Assembly: GCA_964623495.1 (NCBI GenBank)
Contig: CAZUTV010000002.1
Span: 18,789 to 82,788, forward strand
Direction of reading: 5' to 3'
Length of the DNA stretch: 64,000 nucleotides
Source of the DNA: Candidatus Woesearchaeota archaeon
GTDB taxonomy: Archaea > Nanobdellota > Nanobdellia > Pacearchaeales > GW2011-AR1
The position numbers and the translations under genes are program-made. Shown one piece after another: positions 17,195-26,686 of this stretch (position 1 is the first letter of the stretch; every line of letters begins with the position of its first letter). The notes under the pieces are model-generated. The model had not been told where the DNA came from. It did no database searches and worked only from the letters and a program-made list of their open reading frames with translations.

Positions 17195-17788
17195 ATGGAA
17201 TTGCCAAAGCTATTTGCTGCTCTTGGGATCGCTTTTCTTCTTGTAATGTTTTTAAACGGCGCGTTGTCAACTTTTTATAAGGCTCCTGAATCGGGATATA
17301 CTGATTGCTACGATTCTTATACTGAATGTTATAATCTTACTTATAATTCTCCAGAGTACACTGCTTGTAGGGAAAGAGTTACGCAAGAGAGGGATGAATG
17401 TGTTGAAGAAGCCCTTTCTGGAATGAAGACCTATCAGGTAATTTACTATTCCATCTTAGCACTTTTGGCAATAGGATTATTGGTTTTTGGGTTTGCAACA
17501 ATTCACAATCAAACCGTGGGTAGCGGGTTTATGGGGGCAGGAATTATTCTCTTAATGTTTGCAAGTCTTTTTGCCCTCATTAGCGGATTTACCTCTACGC
17601 TAATGGGCGGGCTTACTGGCATGATCACAGGGTTTGCTGTTTCAAACGGAGGAACCTCCACTTTAACTTATTTGAATTTGGTTTTCTCTTTAATAGGATT
17701 AGTTTTGCTTATTCTATACTCGTATTCTAAGCTAGACAACCCTTCACATATGCATGAGGTTTACGCGCCTCCACAACATCATTATTAG
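17195..17788 (+). CDS. Membrane protein with a Cys-containing loop and an ITGFAV motif
   Basis: About 4-5 hydrophobic helices; extracellular loop with 4 Cys. Confidence 0.7.
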   Translation: MELPKLFAALGIAFLLVMFLNGALSTFYKAPESGYTDCYDSYTECYNLTYNSPEYTACRERVTQERDECVEEALSGMKTYQVIYYSILALLAIGLLVFGFATIHNQTVGSGFMGAGIILLMFASLFALISGFTSTLMGGLTGMITGFAVSNGGTSTLTYLNLVFSLIGLVLLILYSYSKLDNPSHMHEVYAPPQHHY

Positions 17789-17882
17789 ATTATCTTGTTC
17801 TGAAGCGAATGTATCCTACAGTATATATTTGTTTTTAAACAAAAAAGGTTTTGTTTTTTCATGGTGGAATTAGAAGGTTTGT

Positions 17883-18917
17883 ATGTTTCTAATGAAGAAG
17901 TTAGAGAGAGTTTCTGGCCTGTCTGAAAGAATCTTAAACAACCAAGGACAGGTGATTTTGACTTTCAGAAGACTAGGCTTAGGAGCAGATTCTGACTCTG
18001 AAGGGTTAATTCCCCCAGAGAGTTATCATGGAGATTATTTTGAAACAGGAACTATTAATGGAGAGTTAACAAAGAAAGATTCTGGCGGAAGTGCCGAGTT
18101 CTGGGTCCATAATAGAAATTTTCCTCTGTCTTATTTTTTCTCCAGCGATTTAGCTGTCCCTGTAAAAAACAAGCTTGTTTGGAGTGCTTCTGGAAGCGAG
18201 ATCCAAAGAGCAAGGATACCTTTTCCTCCCGGGCATTTAACAGAGGCTAAAGAGGGAGACATTCAAATTAGCAGTTATGAATTTTTGAAAAGTAGCCAAC
18301 TATTCAATGAATTATACCATCCACAACCCCCTAACCTTAAAAGGCTTGAAGTTTTAATAGGAGACGATGAAATAAAGGGTTTTGTTCAACCTTTTTTAGA
18401 TGGCCATCGTGTTACAGAAGAAAGCATTGCAGATTTCTTATATTTAATGAAAACTCCTGGGGAAATTGAAAGAAGAGTTGAAGCCTCTTATGTTAAAGAA
18501 AGAGGGAAACTTGCTGAAGAGTTAGTTAGGCATGTTTCTCATTTAAATAACCTGTATGATAGGATTTCGGGAATGGAGGAGAGAGTTTTAAAGTTGCATA
18601 GAGAAAGATATTATGAGGGAATGGAGGATATGCATTCTTGGCCTGTGTGGAGCGATGCTAGTTTAGTTGAATCTTATTCTGGGTTAAGGGCGAGTGCTAA
18701 TGGGTGTATGGGGAATATAAATGGATTATTGAAAAGAGGAGAGGTAATTGGTTTCGTTAAGCATTCCTTCATAAAAGGAACTGGAATCGGATTTCCCGGT
18801 GAGGTTAAAACTCAAGATTATTTGAAGTATGTTAATGGAGATTTAATGCCTTCTGTCCAATCTATTCTAGAAAAGTTAGACGGTCATCTAAGGGAAGCTC
18901 AGAAAGTTGAGGTTTAA
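17883..18917 (+). CDS. Hypothetical protein
   Basis: 344-aa open frame with no recognised motif. Confidence 0.6.
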   Translation: MFLMKKLERVSGLSERILNNQGQVILTFRRLGLGADSDSEGLIPPESYHGDYFETGTINGELTKKDSGGSAEFWVHNRNFPLSYFFSSDLAVPVKNKLVWSASGSEIQRARIPFPPGHLTEAKEGDIQISSYEFLKSSQLFNELYHPQPPNLKRLEVLIGDDEIKGFVQPFLDGHRVTEESIADFLYLMKTPGEIERRVEASYVKERGKLAEELVRHVSHLNNLYDRISGMEERVLKLHRERYYEGMEDMHSWPVWSDASLVESYSGLRASANGCMGNINGLLKRGEVIGFVKHSFIKGTGIGFPGEVKTQDYLKYVNGDLMPSVQSILEKLDGHLREAQKVEV

Positions 18918-18995
18918 ACTAAGAAAGAGTTTTAATTAATTTAATTAACCCCTACGTTCTATTATTCATATAATCATTAAGCTAAGAAATATATC

Positions 18996-19907
18996 CTATC
19001 TCATTTTAAACTCCACAACATCCAAGTCTTTAAGTTGGTGTTTTAAACCAACAATCTGGCCCGGAAATTTAGATGAAGGGCCCCAGATTTTTGTTTCTTT
19101 TATTTGCTTGCTAAAACCGTGGAAGATTTTTTCAGCAATAGTTTCTATTGTGGGGTTTTTTTCTAGGATAAAAGGTCTTTGTGATTTTTCTTTTCCAGGC
19201 TCTTTAGTATAAACTCTTATTTTATTGAAGCTTTGAAAGATCTTTTCTTTGAGAATCTCGAGATTTTCTGTTTCTTGTTTTTCTAAATTAATCACGACAA
19301 AGTTGTATTTCTTGGATTTAAGGGTTGATTCGATTTTTCTTCTGTCTTTTTCTTGGTCTTCTGTTATGTTTAGGACAATTATTCTTGGCTTGCTTGGGAG
19401 CCGTTTTTCAATTTCTTTTAAATGATTTATTGCTTTAACTAGGATGATAAGTGTGTCTGAGGTGTAAACCGTGCTTTTGTCAAAATATTCTGACTCTATG
19501 GCTGGAATTTCAATTATCTGGATTTGGGTTCCAGTATAGTGCATCATTCCTATTATTGGAAATTTAGTTACAAAAGAGTAAGGGGCTATCTCTGGGTGAG
19601 TGTTTGTAAGCAGGGAAAGAAGCGTTGACTTTCCTGAGTTTGTGAAACCGACAATAACTGCCTGCATCTCTTCTTTTTTAACCCCTGGCTTCTTGGATCC
19701 TTTGGCTGTCTTTTTTACACTTTCTATTTTTTCTTTTAATTTTATATACCTTGTTTTTAGATTAGCAAGCATTTTTTCAGAACTTTTGTGCTTGGGGCAT
19801 TCTCTAATCATTTCTTCGAGATACTTCAATTTTTCCTCATTTGTTTTGGCCTGCAAAAATTTCAGCTCTGCCTGCTTGTAAAATGGGGATTGGTTTGTCG
19901 ATGCCAT
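18996..19907 (-). CDS. DRG/OBG-family GTPase with a C-terminal TGS domain
   Basis: PKHKSSEKM N-terminus, GFTNSGKSTLL, IRVYTKEPGK and VGLKHQLKDLDVVEF. Confidence 0.88.
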   Translation of the reverse strand: MASTNQSPFYKQAELKFLQAKTNEEKLKYLEEMIRECPKHKSSEKMLANLKTRYIKLKEKIESVKKTAKGSKKPGVKKEEMQAVIVGFTNSGKSTLLSLLTNTHPEIAPYSFVTKFPIIGMMHYTGTQIQIIEIPAIESEYFDKSTVYTSDTLIILVKAINHLKEIEKRLPSKPRIIVLNITEDQEKDRRKIESTLKSKKYNFVVINLEKQETENLEILKEKIFQSFNKIRVYTKEPGKEKSQRPFILEKNPTIETIAEKIFHGFSKQIKETKIWGPSSKFPGQIVGLKHQLKDLDVVEFKMR

Positions 19908-19908
19908 A

Positions 19909-20634
19909 TTATATGAACTTGTTCAATACTTTTATATATTCTTTATTTAAGCCACCAAATCTGAAAATTATTACTTTATTGAAACCCATACTTTTACAGA
20001 AGCTTAAATCTCTTTCAAGATTTGCTGGGGATAGTATTTTTTCATTTCCTTTTATTCCTGTATCAATAGTTCCCAAACCAACAGCATAGCTTTCCTTATT
20101 CTTCAGTATTGCTAGATTTTTCTTTGTTCTTTTGACTAACCATTTAGGCATCATACTTGTGTAAAACATTGGATTTTTTTCATAGGCAATATTGTAAGAT
20201 AATCCTAGAAGTTCCATAATTTTAAAAGAGGGTATTGAGACTTGCATAGGGACAGTTATTCTGTTCTTGTTTTCTTCAAGAAATTTCTTTATGGGTTTTT
20301 TGTTTTTTCTGAATGAAAAAAGGTTTTTTAGAATCATTGATTTTTTTAAAGGGATTTCCATGTCAATTAACAAAGGATTTTTTATTTGACCTAATATTTT
20401 AAAGGATTCAATCAGGTTTTTGGTATTAGAAAAAGGGCTAATGTAATATGAATCTTTTATTATTGGCCAATAGGCTACTACACAATTCTTTTTTATTTTT
20501 CCAACCAACACCCTTGTTTTTCTAAAATCTTTTATTGATTTTGCTGCTATGAAAAGTTTTGTTGGGAAACTTATTAGTTTTAGTTTTTCTAGGTTATTTT
20601 TAGTGGGGAATTCTTCGTAAAATTCTATTTGCAT
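19909..20634 (-). CDS. Conserved hypothetical protein (start moved to MQIEFYEEFP)
   Basis: The track's upstream extension overlaps the divergent gene; ATG at 20634 is more plausible. Confidence 0.65.
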   Translation of the reverse strand: MQIEFYEEFPTKNNLEKLKLISFPTKLFIAAKSIKDFRKTRVLVGKIKKNCVVAYWPIIKDSYYISPFSNTKNLIESFKILGQIKNPLLIDMEIPLKKSMILKNLFSFRKNKKPIKKFLEENKNRITVPMQVSIPSFKIMELLGLSYNIAYEKNPMFYTSMMPKWLVKRTKKNLAILKNKESYAVGLGTIDTGIKGNEKILSPANLERDLSFCKSMGFNKVIIFRFGGLNKEYIKVLNKFI

Positions 20635-20667
20635 ATACCTTTTAAACATATTAAACTTAAAAAGATA

Positions 20668-21483
20668 ATGGAACGAGATGAGCTTATTGCCAAAATCATG
20701 GAGAAAAAGGAATTTAGCCAACTTCCTTTGAAAGATGTTGAGCTGGCTTTGGAGAAGTTTGACAAGCCAAGAAATGCAGATTATCAAAAAATAAAGCCGA
20801 CAAGACAATTTTTAAGGAAGATTTTTTCTGGATTTTCTTCTAGAAAGGTTTTACATAAAAGAGATGAGAGCGTAGAATGGTTTTTAATGAAACATAAGTC
20901 AACTAAAGAAAGATTCCCCTATTATGAAGAAGTTTATTCAAGGTGCTTTAAGGGCTTTCCAGAAAAATTAAGCGTTATTGATTTAGGGGCAGGAATTAAT
21001 GGATTAAGCTACGGATTTTTCGAAAAGCTTGGCAAAAAAGTGGATTATATTGGAATAGAAGCAGTGGGTCAGTTTGTTGAGCTTATGAATTTTTATTTTG
21101 AAAAAGAGAAGTTAAATGGAAGATTTACGCAGGCTCAGTCTGGCTCGCCCAAGCTTGGTCAAGCCAAGGCAATTCATGAGAGTTTGTTTAATCTTGACAA
21201 AGCAAAAGAAATTATCAATGGAGCAAAAAGACCAAGAATTGTATTTTTGTTTAAAGTTGTAGACTCTTTGGAGGTGGTGAAGAGAGATTATTCTAAAGAT
21301 CTATTGCAGGAGATTGTTCCTTTAGTCGATAGGGTTGTTGTTAGTTTTGCAACGCATAGTCTTGGCGCCAGAAAAAAATTTTCTGTGCAAAGAGGTTGGA
21401 TTGTTAATTTTATCAAAGAAAGATTTAAAATCCTTGATGATTTTGAGCTCGGAGGAGAACGGTATTTGATCTTTGAGAAATGA
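20668..21483 (+). CDS. SAM-dependent methyltransferase resembling the FmrO/ArmA/Rmt 16S rRNA m7G1405 family
   Basis: HKSTKER, DLGAGINGLS, LFKVVDSLE and VVSFATHSLG parallel the family motifs HxSTxER, DxxCGxNP and VSFPxxSL. Confidence 0.7.
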   Translation: MERDELIAKIMEKKEFSQLPLKDVELALEKFDKPRNADYQKIKPTRQFLRKIFSGFSSRKVLHKRDESVEWFLMKHKSTKERFPYYEEVYSRCFKGFPEKLSVIDLGAGINGLSYGFFEKLGKKVDYIGIEAVGQFVELMNFYFEKEKLNGRFTQAQSGSPKLGQAKAIHESLFNLDKAKEIINGAKRPRIVFLFKVVDSLEVVKRDYSKDLLQEIVPLVDRVVVSFATHSLGARKKFSVQRGWIVNFIKERFKILDDFELGGERYLIFEK

Positions 21484-22679
21484 AGCCAAAATTTTACAGA
21501 AAAATTCTAAAGAATGGCATGACTTTGGTATTTGAAAAAAGAGAGGTGCCTGTTGTCAGTGTAGCTATCGCTGTTAGGTGCGGGGGAATTAATGAGGATT
21601 TGAATGAAAAAGGAATAAGCCATTATATTGAGCACATGCTATATAAAGGAACTCCGACAAGAAATGCAAAAAAAATTGCAGAAGAAATCGAAAGGAATGG
21701 CGGAGTTTTGAACGGCTTTACTGATGAAAATATTACTGCTTACTGGTGCAAGATGCCAAGCAAGCATTTGAAGATTGCCTTAGAAGTTCTTTCAGATATG
21801 GTTAAAAATCCTTTATTTGAACAAAAAGAGCTGGATAAGGAAAGGAAAGTTATTTTTGAAGAAATAAAAATGAGAAGGGATAATCCAAGGATTTATGTGC
21901 TAGACTCGATAAAGAGCTTTTTGTATGAAGAACCGTTTTCCTCTAATTTGATAGGGACAGAGAAAACGATGAATTCCATTACTAGAGAAAAAATACTCCA
22001 AAGGTTCAAGGAAGTATATACTCCTGGTAATATGGTCTTGTGTGTTGTGGGAAATGCCGACTTTAAGGAAATTGAGAGATTTGCGGAAAAAACATTTAAG
22101 AAAACCAATGGGGGCGTGAAAAACTTTGAAATAAAGACGAGAAATCATTCTGAAGTCGAGTCTAGAAAAGGGCTTGACCAGGCTAATTTTGTTTTTGCCT
22201 ATCATGCCCCATTAACTAATGAAATGGACAATTCTGCTGCAGAGGTTTTAAATGCGATTCTTGCTCACGGAATGTCTTCAAGACTTTTTCACGAAATCAG
22301 AGAGAAGAGAAATCTTGCATATAGCGTTTCTGGTGATTCCCAAATGACCAAGGATTTTGCATATAGCTTAATTTATGTTGGAACTTCTAAGGAAAATATA
22401 GAGAAAGTCAAGGAGCTTATACTTAAGGAATTTGAAAAAGTTTCTAAAGAACTTGACGAAAAAGAGCTTAGCGAGGTTAAGGAGCAGTTAATAGGCAACC
22501 ACCACATTTCTATGGAGGATTCCACAAACCAGATGGTCAGCCTTCTTGGGTATGAAATGAACGGAAATGCTAAAGAGTTTTATGAATATGAAAAGAGAAT
22601 TAAAGGCGTAAAGATTTCTGACGTGAAAAGACTTTCAAGGCTTGGAAGCTACAGTTTTTTTGCTTTGGTGCCAGAGTGA
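21480..22679 (+). CDS. M16 (pitrilysin/insulinase) family zinc peptidase
   Basis: Inverted zinc motif HYIEH; SSRLFHEIREKRNLAY. Confidence 0.93.
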   Translation: MKPKFYRKILKNGMTLVFEKREVPVVSVAIAVRCGGINEDLNEKGISHYIEHMLYKGTPTRNAKKIAEEIERNGGVLNGFTDENITAYWCKMPSKHLKIALEVLSDMVKNPLFEQKELDKERKVIFEEIKMRRDNPRIYVLDSIKSFLYEEPFSSNLIGTEKTMNSITREKILQRFKEVYTPGNMVLCVVGNADFKEIERFAEKTFKKTNGGVKNFEIKTRNHSEVESRKGLDQANFVFAYHAPLTNEMDNSAAEVLNAILAHGMSSRLFHEIREKRNLAYSVSGDSQMTKDFAYSLIYVGTSKENIEKVKELILKEFEKVSKELDEKELSEVKEQLIGNHHISMEDSTNQMVSLLGYEMNGNAKEFYEYEKRIKGVKISDVKRLSRLGSYSFFALVPE

Positions 22680-22730
22680 AACTAGTTTTCAAAAAAAAAC
22701 ATTTATAAATACGGGTAGTTTAGAACAGGC

Positions 22731-24236
22731 ATGGGAAAGAGGGTGTGGCTCTGGATTGGCGGAGCAATTTTGGTTTTATTATTCTTTGTTGCGGCTTTTA
22801 GCGATTATTCAAGTACCGGTTTTGCAATTGCGACAAACAATTCCAGCGATTTAACTCCTCCGACATTATACATTACTAGCTCTTATGTTGATTCTTACAA
22901 TGTCGTTAAGATTTATGGGGTTGCTTATGACGCTGAAAGCAAGGTTAATAATATTCAGATTGCTGGGCCAATAGAGTATACTGGGCTGCAGAGGGCTTCT
23001 TTATACTGCTATCTTAATAATTGCTCGTTCTTTTTGAACTTTAGTTTTAATCCTTCTATAGATGTTTATGGGGATACTTATCGGGTTTATGCTGGTAGCA
23101 ATGGGGGGACCGCAAGCAAAGATATTGTTTTGAAGTTTAGCGGAGAGTGTATCCCTGATCCTATTGGTGTGACCTGTGCAGGATTTGAGTGTGGCACTAG
23201 AATAAACAACTGCGGTCAAAATGTAAATTGCGGAACTTGTCCTAATGGAGAAACATGCAGTGCTGGGCAATGTGTTAGCAATCTTTATAACAGAAGTTAT
23301 TCTACAGAATTAATCTCGGCTACAGATCTTTCTGCAATGCTCAAGGTCAGAGATAACATAAATGGGATTAACAATACCGGGGAGATATCTGAAGGAAGTT
23401 CTAATTATATTTTGGGTTTGCTAATTAATGTAATGGATGCTGATGAAACCCCTACATCTGAATCTGCTAAGATAAGGTATAAGGCCCTAAATTTAAGCAC
23501 GGGCGGTTTTTTCCCCCAATTTAGTCCTTCAATTGAATTTAAGTTTGTTAACTCTATACATGGATTAGATTATGTTGTTGAGTTAGTTTCTGCTACAGAC
23601 ACTTCTGCCCTTATAAAAATAACCTCTGGTTCTGGGACCGGGGAGATGGCTAACCTTTTAGAGGGAGAGGCTAAGATTATTACCGGACTTACTGTGAGAT
23701 TAAATTCTGCTGATGAGACTACTTCTTATGGTTTTGCTAACCTGGATGTTGAAGCCTTCACTTTGGAGATTTCTTCTAATCAAGCATGCACGGATGAATG
23801 TGTCCAGGTGGGATTATTGATGTGCTATGAGGATACAGGATACTTGCAAACATGTGGCAATTACGATTCAGACAGCTGCTTGGAGTGGGGGGCTGGGACT
23901 TATTGCCCATATGGCTGCGATATCTATGGCTGCAAAAGCCAACAGTCTTTTTGTGTAGATTCTGATAAAAATGCCCAGTATCCTGATGGAAAGAACTATT
24001 ACGCTCTTGGAACAGTAACAACGCAGCTTGGAAATTTCACAGATTATTGCAATACTACTGGAACTACTTGGCTCAATGAGTATTACTGTTCTGGAAATAC
24101 TTCTGCTATCTCTGGCTATAATTGTCCTTATGGATGCAATGCAGGGGTTTGCAAGCAAGCGCCTAAGCAAATTAAAAGATGCAAGGGATTACAGTGTGTT
24201 AGCAGATTCTTTACTGATTTATTTAGATCAAACTAA
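22731..24236 (+). CDS. Secreted/surface Cys-rich protein
   Basis: N-terminal TM followed by STGFAI, an Ig-like segment, Cys-rich repeats (CGTCPNGETC, CVDSD...EYYC...CPYGC) and a duplicated ELISATD/ELVSATD module. Confidence 0.75.
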   Translation: MGKRVWLWIGGAILVLLFFVAAFSDYSSTGFAIATNNSSDLTPPTLYITSSYVDSYNVVKIYGVAYDAESKVNNIQIAGPIEYTGLQRASLYCYLNNCSFFLNFSFNPSIDVYGDTYRVYAGSNGGTASKDIVLKFSGECIPDPIGVTCAGFECGTRINNCGQNVNCGTCPNGETCSAGQCVSNLYNRSYSTELISATDLSAMLKVRDNINGINNTGEISEGSSNYILGLLINVMDADETPTSESAKIRYKALNLSTGGFFPQFSPSIEFKFVNSIHGLDYVVELVSATDTSALIKITSGSGTGEMANLLEGEAKIITGLTVRLNSADETTSYGFANLDVEAFTLEISSNQACTDECVQVGLLMCYEDTGYLQTCGNYDSDSCLEWGAGTYCPYGCDIYGCKSQQSFCVDSDKNAQYPDGKNYYALGTVTTQLGNFTDYCNTTGTTWLNEYYCSGNTSAISGYNCPYGCNAGVCKQAPKQIKRCKGLQCVSRFFTDLFRSN

Positions 24237-24242
24237 ATAGAA

Positions 24243-24392
24243 TTATTTTTCAATAATTTTGATTATACCTATTACGAAGAAACATAAGACTATCAACCAT
24301 TCTTTAATCCCATCAATGAAAGTTAGCTTTAACAAAGGAATTAAGTAAATTACTCCTAAGATTATAAATATCCAGCCGATTAATTTATTCAT
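24243..24392 (-). CDS. Small membrane protein (49 aa)
   Basis: Not in the track. MNKLIGWIFIILGVIYLIPLL...LIVLCFFVIGIIKIIEK*, with 2 TM helices. Confidence 0.55.
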   Translation of the reverse strand: MNKLIGWIFIILGVIYLIPLLKLTFIDGIKEWLIVLCFFVIGIIKIIEK

Positions 24393-24440
24393 TTTACTCT
24401 TAAGGGAAAGTGTTTTAAATAGTTTTTGAGTGCCTTTTTT

Positions 24441-25238
24441 ATGCAGATAATAAAAGTTCCGGGAATAAATGGTTTGGGGAAGACAAAAGGGTGCGAGAAG
24501 GCAGGAAATGAAATACTTGCAAGTTTAAACGAAATTTATGCAAACGAACAAGGCAAGCCAATAGATGTTAAACTGCTTGACTTGGAAGAAATTCATCTCG
24601 ATAATTCTAATCTTGAACTAACTATCAATTTGATCTATGAAAATGCCTTAGAAAGCTTTGATAAAGACAAGGTTATTTTCCTTGGAGGCGATCATTCTAT
24701 AAGCTATTCTCTCGGAAGAGCTTTTCTTGATTATTGCAGGGAAGAGAGCAAAGAGCCTTGCTTGATTGTTTTTGACGCCCATCCGGATTTAATGCCTGCA
24801 ATGAAGTTTCCAACGCATGAAGAGTGGCTTAGGGGCCTTATAGCTTCCGGATTTCCAGCCAAGAATGTTTTGCTTGTTGGGCTAAGAAATCCTGATCCTG
24901 AAGAATTACGATTTATTAAGGAAAGAGGGATTAAGACCTTAAATATTAATGAGCTTTTGCTGGATATAGAAAATGCCTGTGATACTATTATGGAGTTTTC
25001 TAGCGGAAAAGAGCTATATCTTTCTTTAGATGTTGATGTCATAGACCCATGCTTTGCGCCAGGAACAGGATACAAGGAGCCCGGAGGTTTAACTTCCAGA
25101 GAATTTTTGTATTTAATCCAGAGACTTAATAAAATTAAATCTTTAAAAGCAATTGACCTTGTTGAAATTAATCCGGTTTTAGACAAGGAGGGAATAACTG
25201 TTAAGTTGGGTGCTAAGATTTTAAGTGAATTAATATGA
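24441..25238 (+). CDS. Arginase/agmatinase (ureohydrolase) family protein
   Basis: GGDHSIS, FDAHPD, SLDVDVIDP and PGGLT. Confidence 0.92.
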   Translation: MQIIKVPGINGLGKTKGCEKAGNEILASLNEIYANEQGKPIDVKLLDLEEIHLDNSNLELTINLIYENALESFDKDKVIFLGGDHSISYSLGRAFLDYCREESKEPCLIVFDAHPDLMPAMKFPTHEEWLRGLIASGFPAKNVLLVGLRNPDPEELRFIKERGIKTLNINELLLDIENACDTIMEFSSGKELYLSLDVDVIDPCFAPGTGYKEPGGLTSREFLYLIQRLNKIKSLKAIDLVEINPVLDKEGITVKLGAKILSELI

Positions 25239-25762
25239 GGGTATTTATTTCTTTAAGATTAAGTAAGGAAGCTGTTGAAGAAGTTAAGAGAATTCAGAAA
25301 GACTTGAAAGGTTCTGGTTTTTTTGAAGGAAAACTTACTGAAGAAGAAAATTTGCATTTAACCTTGAAGTTTCTTGGAGAGATAGATGAAGATAAAGTTG
25401 AAGAAGTTAGAGAGAGGTTAAGAAAAATTAATCTTGGGGGATTTAATGCTAAATTTGGGGAGATTGGGGTTTTTGATAAGAATTATATTAGGATAATTTG
25501 GGTAAAATTATTGGGGTGTGAGGAATTACAAAGGCAAGTCGATATTGTTTTGGGTGGTTTGTTTGAGAAGGAAAAAAGATTTATGGGGCATTTGACCATT
25601 GTAAGAGTAAAGAAAATTAGGGATAAAAAAGAATTTCTGGAATTTGTGAATAAAATTAAAGTCAAAGATGTCAAATTTCAGGTAAATGGTTTTGGATTGA
25701 TGAAATCTGAGCTGTTTCCAAAGGGCCCAAGATATGAAATTATTGAAGAGTTTAATTTGTAA
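25235..25762 (+). CDS. thpR: RNA 2',3'-cyclic phosphodiesterase / 2'-5' RNA ligase (2H family)
   Basis: Two HxT motifs, HLTLKFLGE and HLTIVR. Confidence 0.9.
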   Translation: MRVFISLRLSKEAVEEVKRIQKDLKGSGFFEGKLTEEENLHLTLKFLGEIDEDKVEEVRERLRKINLGGFNAKFGEIGVFDKNYIRIIWVKLLGCEELQRQVDIVLGGLFEKEKRFMGHLTIVRVKKIRDKKEFLEFVNKIKVKDVKFQVNGFGLMKSELFPKGPRYEIIEEFNL

Positions 25763-25797
25763 GAGAAAAATATAATTAAGAAAGAAAAACAAGTTTT

Positions 25798-25834
25798 ATA
25801 TATCTTTTGCAATTTAAGATATATCTTCTGCAAT
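25798..25834. promoter_or_regulatory. Direct repeat ATATATCTTYTGCAAT x2 (21-bp period), putative operator
   Basis: Copies at 25798-25813 and 25819-25834 upstream of the ATG at 25874. Confidence 0.5.
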
Positions 25835-25873
25835 ATATATGTTTAAGTATCTTGGTTGTTTTTCGTTATTTTA

Positions 25874-26686
25874 ATGGACGATATTTTTGCGTTTCATGAA
25901 ATTAAAAAGAGGCTGACCGAATTTTTTCTAAGTAAAGGCTTTATTGAAGTGCCTGCGCAATCCAGAACCTCTATTCTTGCTGCATGCGAAGATCCTAGTA
26001 CTGTTACCTCTTATTGTGTTGGAGGGAAGATTTGGCCATTACCTCAAACCGGGCAAATGTGGCTAGAGCATGAATTATTGAAAAATCCGCAGCTCCCTGG
26101 AGTTTTTTGTGTTACAACTAGTTATAGGGATGAGCCCAATCCAATTCCCGGGAGGCATGATCGGGTTTTTCCAATGTTTGAGTTTGAAGCCAAAGGCGGA
26201 TTTGAAGATTTAAAAGAATTAGAGAGAGAGCTCGTTCAATTTTTGGGATTTTCACAAGGAATTGAAATAGATTATGAAGAGGTTTGCAAAAACCATGGGA
26301 CAGAAATTCTTGAAGCAGAGCACGAAGAATTATTAAACAAGAAGCACGGAAGCGTTGTTTTCTTGCAGAAGTTTCCCCAGAGGACAAGCCCGTTTTGGAA
26401 TATGAAGCATTTTAAAGACGGAATTTTCAATAAGGTTGATGTTTTGCTTTGCGGGATGGAAACTATAGGGAGCGCCGAAAGATCTTGCAACATTGGTGAG
26501 ATGAGAGAGAATTTTTTGAGAATCTCTGATGGAAAATACTCTCAATTATTGTTTGACAAGTTTGGAAAAGAAAGGGTCATGAATGAGTTAGATCATTATC
26601 TTGGCCTGAATATGTTTCCAAGATTTGGCGGAGGAATTGGGGTTACAAGATTGGCAAGAGCAATGAGAATGGAGGGTTTGCTGTAA
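25874..26686 (+). CDS. Class IIb aaRS catalytic-domain-only protein (AsnRS-like / asparagine synthetase A-like)
   Basis: Motif 2 SYRDEPNPIPGRHDRVFPMFEFE and motif 3 GGGIGVTRL; no N-terminal OB anticodon-binding domain. Confidence 0.8.
   Translation: MDDIFAFHEIKKRLTEFFLSKGFIEVPAQSRTSILAACEDPSTVTSYCVGGKIWPLPQTGQMWLEHELLKNPQLPGVFCVTTSYRDEPNPIPGRHDRVFPMFEFEAKGGFEDLKELERELVQFLGFSQGIEIDYEEVCKNHGTEILEAEHEELLNKKHGSVVFLQKFPQRTSPFWNMKHFKDGIFNKVDVLLCGMETIGSAERSCNIGEMRENFLRISDGKYSQLLFDKFGKERVMNELDHYLGLNMFPRFGGGIGVTRLARAMRMEGLL

Noticed and set aside
18930..18950. AT-only palindrome TTAATTAATTTAATTAA between convergent genes
   Set aside because: Low complexity and expected by chance in AT-rich DNA; at most a terminator region.
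20635..20808. N-terminal extension of ORF 19909..20808 and the upstream start 20629 of the methyltransferase
   Set aside because: The extensions overlap each other. ATGs at 20634 (minus) and 20668 (plus) give a normal divergent pair.
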